DNA of 64,000 nucleotides from Takakia lepidozioides (Eukaryota; Plantae; Bryophyta). The stretch covers positions 62,001 to 126,000 of the forward strand of contig CM060735.1 in the NCBI GenBank assembly GCA_030704615.1, read 5' to 3'. This document shows, piece after piece, positions 11,284-23,709 of this stretch; the first letter of the stretch is position 1; every line of letters begins with the position of its first letter. Made by a program: the position numbers and the translations under genes. Under the pieces are notes generated by a model. That model was not told the DNA's origin. It saw nothing but the letters and a program-made list of their open reading frames with translations, and searched no databases.

Positions 11284-12482
11284 CGGAGAAAATGGGATTT
11301 GAACCCAGGATACGATATCGTTGTATTTGTCGGGATGGGCAGGCCCTCTCAAGCTTTCCCCCCAGAAATATTGTCAAAGCACTTCGCTATATCGACATCA
11401 AAAAGCCATCGTAGTGATCATCGCTTATCCAGTAACAAAGCCTTGCTATAGGTGCGATGATGGCGATCGGAATTACACTTCACAACGGGATCTACTGCCG
11501 CCATATGATATACGGCTTGAACCGCACGGTCAATAATAGTGGGAATCCTTTTATCTGTGGTGCCGGGCCATACACGTTTCACAGGACTCTAGTCTTTCTG
11601 AGCCTAACGAAGAACAAAAAGCGGTGATATATATATTTTTTGATTTCATAAAATATATTCTAACTCGCTAATAACTTTCCTCCTCGGGGTTTTAGAACCA
11701 TGGTTCATAGTTACACGGCGTACAGTCAAAGCCCTGCCTGAGAAGCCGCCGATTAACTCACGCTGCTTTTTGTTGCAGTATTCTGTATTATTAGTATTTG
11801 TAGCCGCCACCACTATGTCCTTTCGATAACTTTGGACAGTGACAATAGTTCCCTAATTTTATGATGCCAAGTCCTGGTTCCTATCCCATCAATTCCATAA
11901 TATAGAAGGGCTTTCGCCTTTCGAGCAGTCCTCTACCTGCATGGCGTTACTCTGCATTACCACAGAGCCTCCCGAAAGGAGCGATACGGGTTTACCAAGT
12001 TACGTGCAATGTACCATTTCTCTCAACGGAAAGAACCTGAAAAAACCCTGATGGAATTATGAACCCACGGTGATATCAAAATCAGAGATATAACCCTTTC
12101 CACGGCTAGCTTCCCGTCCGGGATGCCAACCATTCTCTAACCTAGGATATTCCATCTAGAAGATCTCTCGGTTCCGCCTCGGATTTTTTTTAACGAGGCC
12201 TTTTATTAGTTCGTTTGCACTGTTCATCTATTGATGAGGGAGAACGCGTAGCAGAAAAAAAGTTTATTTTTCGGTCTCTTTACCCTAGCATTAGCTTGGT
12301 ACGGAATCCCAAGCATCATTAAATTGTTCCTAGAGCTTCACACCTTAGGATTACTCCCGACGTGTGTCTAGGTGGGGTAGGACGGGGTTTACGTCCTGTG
12401 GAATTGAACCACATTACATCGCACAGCTTCTTGTCGCACTGATTTGGCAAACCAAGGCTTTCAACCACTCAGCCATACCTCC
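11284..12482 (-). tRNA. trnS: Split tRNA-Ser(GCU)-type gene (exons 12482-12440, 43 nt; 11328-11284), genomic anticodon GCC; probably a pseudogene
   Basis: GGAGGTATGGCTGAGTGG...TTGCCAAATCA|GTGCGAC ... CCCGAC|AAATACAACGATATCGTATCCTGGGTTCAAATCCCATTTTCTCCG; long variable arm of serine tRNA. Confidence 0.85.
11329..12439 (-). mobile_element. Group II intron trnS-GCUi43 with RT relics and no recognisable domain V
   Basis: GTGCGAC 5' end; IPTIIDRAVQAVYHM and WLFDVDIAKCFDNIS relics joined directly to domain VI, ending CCCGAC. Confidence 0.85.
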
Positions 12483-12530
12483 TTTTTGATAAAAAAAAAT
12501 TTTTTACCGATAACCGATACCGGTAAAGTT

Positions 12531-12582
12531 ACCAGTTCATAAAGATATATATATATATATATATATATCTTTATGAACTGGT
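12531..12582. repeat. Perfect 52-bp palindrome with a (TA)n core
   Basis: accagttcataaag(at)n ctttatgaactggt. Confidence 0.9.
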
Positions 12583-12621
12583 TTTGTAATAAGCCTATTT
12601 AATTTCGGATTCAAGTTTCAC

Positions 12622-12695
12622 CGGGAAAAACGGGATTTGAACCCGCGACTTCTGGCGTGACAGACCAGCACTCTAACCAACTAAGCTATTTTCCC
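12622..12695 (-). tRNA. trnD: tRNA-Asp(GUC)
   Basis: Cloverleaf; CTGGT-CTGTCAC-GCCAG. Confidence 0.94.
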
Positions 12696-13438
12696 GAACA
12701 TAATGAATCATCGTAGATGATTCATCGGGATCTTTCCATTCTACTGGCTACGCCAGTAGAGATCCGAAAGTTAAAAACGGGGAGAAGAAAGTGACCCCCT
12801 AAAGCCACAAGGCTAATGTGGCTAGCGGCCCCGCGCAGCGGGGACGCGCGGTTCTCCGCTCTGCACCGGAAGGCACTTGGCAGTAGGAAGGTTAGTCAAC
12901 CTGTAGCCTTGCATGCTTCGGGGCCATTACGCAGTAATGGCCCCAAAGCATGCAAGTCTGGCTCGATTTTAAGTCGGAGCCCTTCGGCCTCTACTTGCTA
13001 TGCTAGTGGAGCCTTACTCTTTGCGCGGGCACCTTCTGATTCAATTCAAAAAACGTCCACAGGAATAAAAAATATATATTTTGCATTTTATCATGACTAT
13101 CTTAGACGGCTTGTACCATAAACCAAGAAAACGCCATGCGTTTTATGTTTTACTTCGCCCAAGAATACGCGAAGCAAAAAAGCGGTAATATATATATATT
13201 ATTACCGCTTTTTTTGCTCTGGTTTGCCACTTTCTCATATCTCGTCCAACTTTTATTTTTTTCCGAGAGCATTTAGCTCTCATTCATTCGCTATGCGAAT
13301 CAAGCGGGCTCGCTTTTTTTCCAAAAGTCCCCCCTTTTTTTTAAATTAAATATTATTGTGGTTTTACCACCATCAATCAAATTAGTAAATTTATTCATAC
13401 GCTAATTTCGATTTATAATTACAGATAATGGAAACCCT

Positions 13439-13511
13439 TGGGTAATAACGGACTTGAACCGCTGACTCTCTCGGTGTAAACGAGGCGCTCTACCAACTGA
13501 GCTAATTACCC
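13439..13511 (-). tRNA. trnV: tRNA-Val(UAC)
   Basis: Cloverleaf; CCTCG-TTTACAC-CGAGA (C27:A43 mismatch). Confidence 0.93.
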
Positions 13512-14540
13512 TAATGTGTCGAATCATCAACTATCAAAGAGCACATCATGAGTGGTTCTTTTTTCGAGGGTGTTCGCTTTCTATTGATCGCTTGACGCTT
13601 TATCTTATTGCGCATCACCCACCAGATTCATCTTTCACCCTTGAGTTGCTACGCCACCAAAGTGCTTTCTCCGGCCTCTTGGTTGGAGCGAAGTGGATAA
13701 AGGGCCGGACCCAGAAATAGAAGCGGAAGGCTTAAGGAAAAAAAGCATAACAAAAAAAATATTTATTTTTAAAAATAACTAAAAAAAAAAATATATATAT
13801 ATCTATTTTATTACTTAACACTTTTTTTTCGTCATCTAGCACGAAACGTCGACAGAAGGTATACCGTGTTCGTCTGCTAATCTTTTTATTGATCGTATAT
13901 AATTGAGTATACTATGTAATTGATAATGTTTCTTTTTTTTCTGAGAAGAGCGCGGGGGAAGCGAAGCATATTATTCAGAAGCTTTTTGGCGAGAGAAGAA
14001 AGTAGCCCCGGAAAGCCACTTTCGCCCTTCATCCGCTGTGCGAACAAAGTTGACCTCCCAGCCACTTTTTAAGAGGGCTTCCCCCATCGCAAAAAGATCT
14101 AGTATTTTTGGGCATTCACTGTGCGGGGACGGAGAGTCATTGTTCCGCGAAGCGCTTTCATCTCTTCCACCGAAGAGATGAAACTGCCAAGCGGGGCGAA
14201 GAGAATCGAACGCACAGAAAAAAAAAAATTTGGCAGCGCCCTGCTTGATTCGCTTGACAGGACCCCACGTCCCGGCATGCTCTCAGTGAAAGTTCTCAGA
14301 GAGCCCTTCTATCGTTCCCGCCCTCCGGGCTCTCTGGCCGCAGACTGCACTTCGTTGGCTACGCCAACAGAGGCTCTGAGAGATCAATTAAGTTGATGAA
14401 TGACTGATCATGCCTACTCATCGGGGTTTATCCCATTTTGTTCGCACAGCGATGAAAGGAATGCTAAGAGCTTGCAACACGAGAAAAGCAAAAAAAATCT
14501 TTTTTTCTGCTTCACGTTTTCTGGCTTGTAGTTTTCTGGG

Positions 14541-14897
14541 TTACTCCCGATCTGAAGCGCCCTTTTTCCATTCATATACAAATCCAATCGTCGAAATCAA
14601 TGAAAATACTATCATAGACCAAGATCCAAACAAACCAATCCTGTTAGGAGGAACTGCCCGAGGAAATGAAAAGGTGACTTCCAAATCAGATATAATAAAT
14701 GAAATAGAAACGAGATAAAATCGTATATCAAAACGACTTCTGGCATCATCAGAAGGATCAGAACCACATTCGTGAGCTGACAATTTCTCTGGATAAGCCG
14801 AACTGGAAGAAGAAGCAGATGAAAAAGAAACGCCAATTGGGATCAAGGAAAATAGCAAACTTATTACTAAATAGACACAAATAGGTGCAAATTCCGT
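14541..14897 (-). CDS. nad3: NADH dehydrogenase subunit 3 (ACG start; 118 aa)
   Basis: (M)EFAPICVYLVIS...EKLSAHECGSDP...YEWKKGASDRE; heavily editing-dependent. Confidence 0.95.
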   Translation of the reverse strand, partial: TEFAPICVYLVISLLFSLIPIGVSFSSASSSSSAYPEKLSAHECGSDPSDDARSRFDIRFYLVSISFIISDLEVTFSFPRAVPPNRIGLFGSWSMIVFSLISTIGFVYEWKKGASDRE

Positions 14898-14920
14898 GAA
14901 CCAGGAACCGCTTTTTTTTT

Positions 14921-14993
14921 AGGGGAATAGTTCCAATGGTAGAACAATGGTCTCCAAAACCACAGGTTAAGGGTTCGAATCCCTTTTCTCCTG
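14921..14993 (+). tRNA. trnW: tRNA-Trp(CCA)
   Basis: ATGGT-CTCCAAA-ACCAC; GGTTCGAATCC. Confidence 0.93.
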
Positions 14994-15121
14994 ATTACAC
15001 CAGATCTCGGTGGAGGTAGCGATCAATCATCGAACATGATTGATTAACTTTATAAGTTGTTGCGAAGGGATACACTTGATTTGCTGGAGCCATCAAATAT
15101 AATTCTTTTTCCCTGAAACCC

Positions 15122-15195
15122 GAATGAGTTGCTAAGGAACTCACTCTGTGTGAATCTTTGGCGAAAGGGCGACGCGTTTACTGTCAATTTGCTCG
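15122..15195 (-). pseudogene. Degenerate duplicate of the atp1 3' end
   Basis: gaatgagttgctaagg..ctctgtgtgaatctttggcgaaagg..actgtcaatttgctcg aligns with 15741-15809. Confidence 0.75.
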
Positions 15196-15733
15196 CACAT
15201 GCATAACCTGCGGCCTTTAATGGCGATAAATTTTCCGGAAAAGACTGATGCATCACTTCGTGATACGGTTCTAATGAAATAATAATTGGGCGATACATAG
15301 TCGATCTGCTCTGTTGTTCCTCCAGATCAGAGGGGCCACCCAAACGTTCCCTGATACGAAATGTTGCCGGCACTAGAAAAGACATGCCGTTACTGGATAC
15401 CTAATAATATCTAATGGTATATTATCCAAATACCCGTCCCTGTTCTCTCTTCTTCGGAGTCTAGCTTCGCCCCTTGGTAACTTTGGGAGGACCAAAAAGA
15501 GAAAGGATAAGTGAAAAAAAAGTGAAGGGGATGGAGGGGGGAAGAGCTCCGCTCGTATGGCGAAGCCTTACTAAGGGCGTAGCCGGAGGGCTGAAAAAGA
15601 AAGATTTGGCTGCGCCCCGGCCGCTTTCACCCTCCACCCGGAGGCACGGAAAGAAAACCAGCGGCCTGAAAAAAAATAAAAAAAAAAAAAACTATATATA
15701 TTTAAAAAAAAAATTTTTTTTAATTTAATCTTT

Positions 15734-18700
15734 TTAAACTGAATGAGTTGCTAAGAAGCTCTGTGTAAATTTTTGACGAAAGGTAGCCGGTTGACTGTTA
15801 ATTTGCTCGGTGATGTTTTTTTGTTGTACAATAGCAGAAAGTATACCTGGGTCCATAGACTTCAAAAGCTCGTGTTCATATTGATTGATGATCGAAATAG
15901 GAATTTGATCTAAATAACCTTTGACAGCTGCATAAATAACCACGATTTGTTTTTCAATAGGAATTGGGCTATATTGTGGTTGTTTAGGAACCTCTGTTGG
16001 CCTAGCCCCACGATTTGATGAATACTGAGTAGCAGCATCAAGGTCTGAACCGGATTGAGCAGAAGCGGCTACTTCACGATATTGCGCCAATTCTGGTTTT
16101 AAGCTCCCACATACTTGTTTCATAGCTTTCAACTGAGCCGCAGAACCTCGAGAGTAGGGTTCGCGCCCATCTCTAGACGTTAGCACGGGATAGAGAACCC
16201 GGCCCCCTCTCAAAGAACCGCGCGCGATAGTCACCTATCACACGGCTCCCTTCTCCTGAAACCTGCCACTTCTAGACGACGACGTTCAAATCAATATCGG
16301 TCATCAATACCTTGCCCGCGTGTAGTTCGTCATGATGTCGAGCACACAGAGGGATTTGCTTCTTCCCATTGAGTGCCGATTGGATAGCCTTAGTTCTCTG
16401 TAATATCTTAACCTCTCTGACGGATCGCACTTTGTGCTTCCCGGCCGTGTAAGCCTTTTCTAGTTGCCGGATATGTTGCATCTCTACGACCCGCGAGTAC
16501 CTTACTTCGGCTTAACCTTATAAGGAGCCTATTTATGACTGACTCAGGCGGGGTTGGGTCCGTCGTTAAGAAGCACTTCTGAAATCCAATTCTTTAGCTT
16601 ATACGAGGCCTATTGGGGCTTCCACTTGCACCCATCTGGCCACCCGTCTGTCCGGCGGAGCTACCCCGCGGCGGCGGCCTCGCTCTCCCATTTCTTCAGT
16701 GGCTCTAGTGACTATCTTTCCTCGGTCCACGGCCGCCCGGAGGGCTTCTAGTATTTCCAGGAATATTTGTATTTCTTCCTCTGGAAACAGTCCTTGTCTC
16801 AGGGCTGACCTTAGGAATATCTGAAGGATTTTTTATTGGGTCTTCCCTCGCCATTGAAAGCTCTCTTCTTTCGGCATAGCCAAAATATGTTGTGTTGCCG
16901 TTTCGATAGTCCGTCTTTTGGCTCCGTCCCTACCCAGCTCTCGGCGCCACTTCTCGTATGCCGAGGTCCAGCATTTCGGAACCGCGCGGCGGCACTCCCT
17001 TCCCCAGCACTCTTCTAGCCCTTGCTCAAGTCTCATGGCGTGAGCTCTAAAAGACCGCCCCGATGTAGGCGGAGCTTACCACAGGCATATGCTTTGGGTT
17101 AGGCACCCATGGAAGAACACCCAGGGACGGGATCTTGTCGGACACTGCGTGACTGAGTCGATTTTTTTCCGCGTTCACTTGCAGCTTTAGGTCCGATTGT
17201 ATAAATTGTGTCACTCTCTTCGGGATTTTGAGCGCGGTGGCCTCGCTCCCTAAGACGCCAATCGGAAAATCGTCTGCATATCTGATGTACCTCACCCTGA
17301 CGAACCCAGGATTTTTATAGTCTTGGTGGCTGATTCGCAGCTTCCTTGCCGTGCGCACTCGATGCCGCTTTTCGCGCCTTAGCTGTTCCGGATTCCCCCC
17401 TGATCTTGCCATCGTTCTCTCATCCAGGTAAATTAGCTTTCGATATTCGGGGTTGATGTGGCGTTTCTTAGATTCCGTGTTCCACTCCTTCTTAATTCGG
17501 TCTACTCCATCGTCCGGTCGGTGGGGGTAGATGTTGCACAAAAGAGATGACGGTACGCTTCCTTGAGGTATCTTCTCATATGTAGGTCTTCCCACGCCTA
17601 TTATGCCCACGTGGAACATCTGTGTTAACGTATCCAAAAAGCGTTGATCCTGTATCTTCTCCGAAAGGATGCCTTTGAGCCTTTTCTGATTCGAGGTATC
17701 GTAGCACTTCCGAATGTCAACCTCAATGAACCAGGACGTTCCTTTCCATCCATACCTTACGGTTTCGAGTGCCGTGTGGCAGGACTTGCCCGGTCTGAAC
17801 CCGTGCGAGTCCTCCGAGAATGTTGGTTCGTATTATATTCTTTCTAGGACCGCTCTGATGGCTTCTTTTATTACCTGGTACCTGGGGCTGATCACCGTAA
17901 GCGGTCTCGTCTTCCCGGTTTTTCCTGGTTTCGGGATGTTGACTCGTCCCGCGGGTTCGAATGGATAATATGTCCCCGCGCGCAGTTGTTCTGCGGTGTG
18001 CCCGAACCATCTCCAGTTGATGCCCTCCAGGGGGTAAAAAAATGTCCCCGAGTTTTTATTTGATGTGTTCGCACGCTGCTATGAGCGCATGCGGGTCAGC
18101 TATTATGTCGAGGATCTCCCGATATTTTCCGTCGACGTTAGGTTTCAGTTTCCGAATTCGATTGGCCGCAGCCTCAACTCGGACAGGAGAAGCAGGACTT
18201 TCCTGATTCTCAGTTCTATCCATCGCCGAACTGACGAGGTTCCCCTCGCAAGTTCTTGTGGTGGTTCCACTGGGACCGTACGAATCGCAGCCTCTCCCCA
18301 TGGACAGGCCCCGATTCCCATCGGGAGTTCCCTCTAGGTATTGAACGATTTGTAGGGCCTTGGTTGACCCGTTCGTCGCCGTGGAGTCTGTGTGTTTTCC
18401 GACGCAGGGTTCCCCTTTTCCTCCCCGTGTAGTAGAAGTACTCATGCTGCGGACGGCACATATCCCGAGTTAACGCAGGTGTAATCCTGGGTGTCTCCCC
18501 TCTGAGAGTAGGGCGACCATCATCGAGGTTCGTTCTCCTAAACTTCCGATAGTTAGTTTCTGACTTACCTGCTTCCGACCCAGTTCCGGCCGGGTAAGGC
18601 AGATTACGCGCTGAGGGATCCTACGCAGAGCTTTCCAACTCCAGCGATCCCATGTAGATCTCACCCCGCTCACACGACTTACAGATAATCCCACGTTAAT

Positions 18701-19813
18701 AGCAGGTCGAATTCCACGATAAAAGAGTTCTGTTTCCAAAAAGATTTGTCCATCTGTAATGGGAATAACATTGGTAGGAATATAAGCAGACACGTCTCCA
18801 GCTTGTGTTTCGATCACAGGTGATGCAGTCAAGCTACCCGCACCAGTCTGGTCTGACATTTTAGCGGCTCTTTCTAATGAACGGGAATGTAAATGGAACA
18901 CATCTCCTGGGAACGCCTCACGACCCGGTGGTCGACGTAATAATAATGACATTTGGCGATGGGCCACTGATTGCTTACTCAGGTCATCATAAATGATTAA
19001 TGCGTGCATTCCATTATCTCGAGAATATTCTCCCATAGCACGACCTGAATATGGTGCCGGGAATTGCAGAGGAGCGGGATCCGGAGCAGTGGCTGCTGCG
19101 ATAATGCGATATTCTAAAGCGCCCGCTTCTGAAGGAATCTTAACTAATTGTGCCACGGTTGAACGTTTCTGTCCAATCGCTACATACACACAATACAATT
19201 TTTCACTATCCGAGGTGCCCTGTGCGTTGATTTGTTTCTGGTTCGATATGGTATCAATAGCTATAGCAGTCTTTCCAGTTTGTCTGTCTCCTATTATAAG
19301 TTCTCGTTGACCACGACCTATAGGAACCAGGCTATCCACTGCTTTTAATCCCGTTTGCATGGGTTCGTGCACAGATTTACGTGCAATAATCCCGGGGGCT
19401 TTAACTTCTACACGTCTCCGTTCCGCAGCGCTTAAAGCACCTTTTCCATCAATAGGTACTCCTAACGCATCAACCACACGACCTAACAAGGCCTTTCCTA
19501 CAGGAACATCCACAATAGATCCAGTGCGTTTGACAATATCTCCTTCTTTAATGGCAGTATCACTACCAGATATAACGATTCCTACATTCTCATTTTCTGG
19601 ATTCAAAGCCATTCCTTTCACACCGCTGGCAAATTCAACCATTTCCCCGGCCTGAATCTTGTTTGATCCATAAACACGTGCAATTCCATCTCCAACTGAT
19701 ACCACTCGACCGATCTCATCCACTTGCAATTTAGTGTAGTAATTGGTAATTCTTTGTTCTAATAATGTAGATAGTTCCGCTCCAGCCAATTCATTTCCAG
19801 TCAATTTGTTCGT
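15734..19813 (-). CDS. atp1: ATP synthase subunit alpha; exons 19813-18672, 16148-15734 (1557 nt, 518 aa; ACG start)
   Basis: (M)[20 protein letters not shown]; GDRQTGKT Walker A; GLSVSRV|GSAAQ. Confidence 0.96.
16149..18671 (-). mobile_element. Group II intron atp1i1127 with a frameshifted maturase pseudogene (RT, X and endonuclease relics)
   Basis: [14 protein letters not shown]; YIRYADDF; [14 protein letters not shown]; domain V near 16215-16248. Confidence 0.92.
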
Positions 19814-19910
19814 AAATTAATCAAACCTTCTACCAATAAATTAAAAAATTCCACAATCTGAACCTTCAGATTGTGCCCAATTTATCATCTTCAATGATGA
19901 ATCGGGACGG

Positions 19911-19913
<3 letters not shown>

Positions 19914-19946
<33 letters not shown>
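19914..19946 (+). repeat. G33 homopolymer
   Basis: Read directly from the sequence. Confidence 0.9.
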
Positions 19947-19947
<1 letters not shown>

Positions 19948-20333
19948 TTGGCCGAGCTCCTTGAGGCCAATAAAACGAAAGGGGAAGAGAAGACGCGAAA
20001 AAAAAAGAATTTTTTAGGGCGTAGCCAAAAAATTTTTGGGGATTTTTTGGCGCAGCAAGAAATATTTTTTTTTCTTCTCTCCACCTTTCTTCGTTAAGCC
20101 AATGAAGTAGCGGAGGCCCACTTTCTTCTCTCGAACCCCCATCACCCGAGCGCGGCGTTTTCACGAAGGGTCAACACTCCCGCTGTTTCGGCTTGGAAAG
20201 ACCGGGGTTGGTTCGAACAGGCAAAGCGGATTATTCGGCTTGCCGCAGAACCGAGCCAAGCATGCAATTACTACGGAATTGCATATTCTCGAGATGGCTG
20301 TAAGCATTTTTTGCTTACTTTCCATTCGATTTG

Positions 20334-23300
20334 TCACTCACTACGCGACTTTTGTTCCCAAGGACTAGCGAAATCAAAATAGCGAAATTCTTGAGTCATC
20401 TCGATAGGTTCAGAAACCACACGTTTCTCTGAATCATCATAACGTACTTCCACATATCCACTTGAAGGAAGGTCTTTTCGTAATGGATGACCCTCAAAAC
20501 CATAATCTGTTGATATACGGCGTAAATCAGGATGATTGGAAAAATACACACCAAACATATCCCACACTTCTCGCTCCCACCGGCCGGCTGATGGAAATAT
20601 ACTGACTACCGAACGAATTGGAGTTATTTCGTCTACACTGGTTTGTACACGAATGCGTGAGTTATACTGAATACGTAGGGTCGAGAGTTCCATCGCAGAG
20701 CCGCAGTTTCTCCGTGCACTCTCGCGATATAACAAAGTGCTCTCCGAACCGTGCGAGATGGTTACCCATCACACGGCTCTCCAACTCAAGTTTACCTATG
20801 GTTGTTCACAATCGTATGCCTCTAACCGTGTGCTTCCCTATGACAGTTTTGGCACAGGGGTAGGCAAAAAAAAATAATATATTTTTTTCCCGGGAACCAC
20901 CGTACATGGAGCACCCGCGGCCTGGCGTTATGGCCAGAACTAGCACATATGGCTTCCAGAGCTGCTGCGCCCTTGTATTGCTTTTCATGGTAACTTTCGT
21001 AAGGGAATGGGCTTTGCGATTCAAGCGGACTTTGCCCCCCGCGGTTGCCAGTTCTTGGCTAGCGGTTTGGTGTCGGGTAGCAGTATTTAACCATATCGCG
21101 TATGGTATAGGGAATGGCTGGGAGGTGGCCGTTCAGTTCAACCCTGGCCCGCTACGCGAACGAAGTGGTCTTGTACCCCAAAAAGACCCCGTCTCGCAAG
21201 GGTGCGCCTCCTGCCATGGCATGGCTCTTCTTAGCCTTAATCGGGTTTGACGGGTCTCTATCACCCTTGGCAAACACCTCAGCTGCGGTGCTGCCTAGTC
21301 GAAATTTGGTCGCATATGCTTTGGCCAGTGAGGTACGTAGTATGTAGCTCAAGCACGTTATACATCGGCGTTTAGAGTTCGCCAGATGGTAATAGTTGGC
21401 GGGGCCACGGGGAATGGAGGCTACGCACGCTACCGAGTGACTTCGAGGATACTGAGAGTAAGCAAAAATTGGTTTCGGGTCATCCGATTTATCACAAAAT
21501 CCCTTCTCTGCCAGACGTTTCATAACTTTTTTCTGCATATCGACAAGTAAGCTAAGCCCACCAGATCGATGGATTCTTCCTCATGTTGTTATCCATTTGC
21601 CTCCATATCGTCGACCAAACTTGTAGGTATATTCCGAATCGCGACTAGTAAGATAGATATCCAAGGAAAGGAATCTTCTTCTTTTTGGCTCGGGTTATTA
21701 GGGTCCTATCTAGGTTAAGCCCAAGCTCAAGCCGCACTTCAATAAATCGTGTAACCAAGTCACGTATCCTTTCTGCCAGAGCTCGTGAACCAAATACTCC
21801 AATAGGAAAATCATCCGCGAAACGCACGTAGTTTATTCGCCGAAAATGGATGTCTTGCGGGTGGCCTGGACCGAGGTTTCGTGCTGTTTCAACCCTGACT
21901 CTATGTGTCCTGGATTGATTGCCCTACATCGTCCTCTGTCAACAATACGTTTCGATCGCAGGACAGAACCATCCAGCTCCTGAGGCCCTCTGTTGCGGGG
22001 CCAAAACCTTCGGCCTTTGTAATGAATGCTTTTTCTCCCGGCGGAGGCCATGAGACTCGCTTCGAGCCCTTTTTCTTGCACTGGGTTCAAGAATCTGTTG
22101 TCTCGAATTCTTCGCCTTGGTGATCGATTGTATCGAAGCTTTGCGAGAGCCTTCGGCCCTCTATGAACCGGATAGTACCCAAAAAGTCACGGCGTATCTG
22201 CTTCGAGCAGGTTTGTTGGGAGCGGCCCGGTATAGATCCTTGGAAACATGGAAGGAAGTACGGCTCGTACACCGTCTCCAGGATTGTACGAATCACTTCC
22301 CGTACCAGTATATCCTGGGATTCAGGTATATCTAGCGGTCTGAAAGAAAAAAAAATAGTTTGCTCCAAATTTTACCGAAACATTTTTGGAAAATCAATAA
22401 AAACCCTTTTTTTGCGAAATATTTTTGCTGCGACCTTCTGGCGTTTTTCGCCCCGAAACGGAATTCGGAGTTGATCACCGAATCCCTCAGTGTTTCTGGT
22501 GCTTCGATCAAGGTGCCGCATATAGTTCCCCTATAACCACCGTTCCTCGAACCCGAATTGGATGAAAGCTTAGGCGGCAATCCACAACAGATTGATGTCT
22601 TTTATGAGCCGAAAAAAGGCCTTCTGCCTTGCCTGGAACTGCTCTTTCTGACAATGTTTCCAAAGGGCAGGAAGGCGATCGGAATATGTAGAGGCGGAAA
22701 AAAAATATATATATTTTTTTTTCTTAGCCGCTTAGTCTCATCCGAGCGTAATCTCGATCTCTTCATGCTGCTTGAGTATGCAACGTACCGGTACGTCGAT
22801 TTAGGCTCCTTCCCTTCCGCTGTACAGTGCCAGCGCTTTCCCCTCACAGGGTCTCTTTCGATTAGGCAGGTACTACAAGCCCTCTGCCCCATTCGAAAAA
22901 ACAAACGTCCGAATGGTTCACCGGTTCCACCGAATGCTCGTAATTGGATGCTCTTGGGCATCTCCGCGCAGTGCGCTTCAGGTGCTTTAGATACCCCAGG
23001 CTTTGACTTCGAAAGAATCAAGCGCTGTGCCTTTGATGCCTCGCCCTTTGCTCCGATTCCCATGAGCGTAGCGAAAAAAAAAATACTTTGGGGATCCCGG
23101 TTCCTTTGTTGTCCTGGTACGATCGTCACTAAGCTCCGTCGTACAAAGAAGACGCTGTAATACTCCATTGGAGTCTTGCCGAACGCGCCCGGGCTAATAT
23201 CCCACCTACACCTCACGTTCACGAATGACAAAAAAAAAAATAAATTTTTCCCCGTTCAACTGCGTTTCGAAGAAACGGTTGGGTATCGCCCATGGGTTGG

Positions 23301-23709
23301 CTATTCCCTGTGATCCCCTTTCACGACAGGCTATGTTCCCCATTGGAAGTTCGTTCCGTTGGGTGTCTCTGGCGGTATATCCGTCAGATAAGTCGTGCCC
23401 GTCTCGTTGCAGACTTCTACAACGTCTCATTCGTCTGGCACAAATGAGCACTTTATTCGGTGACTTCACGGTCGCCCTCAGTAAATTATAAACTACTTCG
23501 AATCTTCGTTTTCGAGAAGGATAATCAACTGCACGAATATCGATCAAAACTTGAAAACGTGTATTGGTATGATATTTAAGAAACCATAATAATTGAGATA
23601 GGTAATCAGGATTGGTATATAATATATTTTCATGTTTTGATCTTTGAAATTGATGTATCCATTTTGGTAAAGTAGCTATCAGAGATTTGAAAAACGATTG
23701 GTCATCCAC
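20334..23709 (-). CDS. nad9: NADH dehydrogenase subunit 9; exons 23709-23478, 20674-20334 (573 nt, 190 aa; GTG start)
   Basis: [25 protein letters not shown]|[27 protein letters not shown]. Confidence 0.95.
20675..23477 (-). mobile_element. Group II intron nad9i283 with a degenerate maturase
   Basis: GGGCGACC...CCCTAC; [22 protein letters not shown] and RFADDF relics. Confidence 0.92.

Noticed and set aside
11510-11518. AAGCCGTAT as a possible domain V of the trnS intron
   Set aside because: It lies in the RT-2 coding relic (QAVY) and has no complementary ACGGTTC arm.
19841-20164. Poly-proline and poly-glycine ORFs
   Set aside because: They are translations of the G33 homopolymer and A/T tracts.
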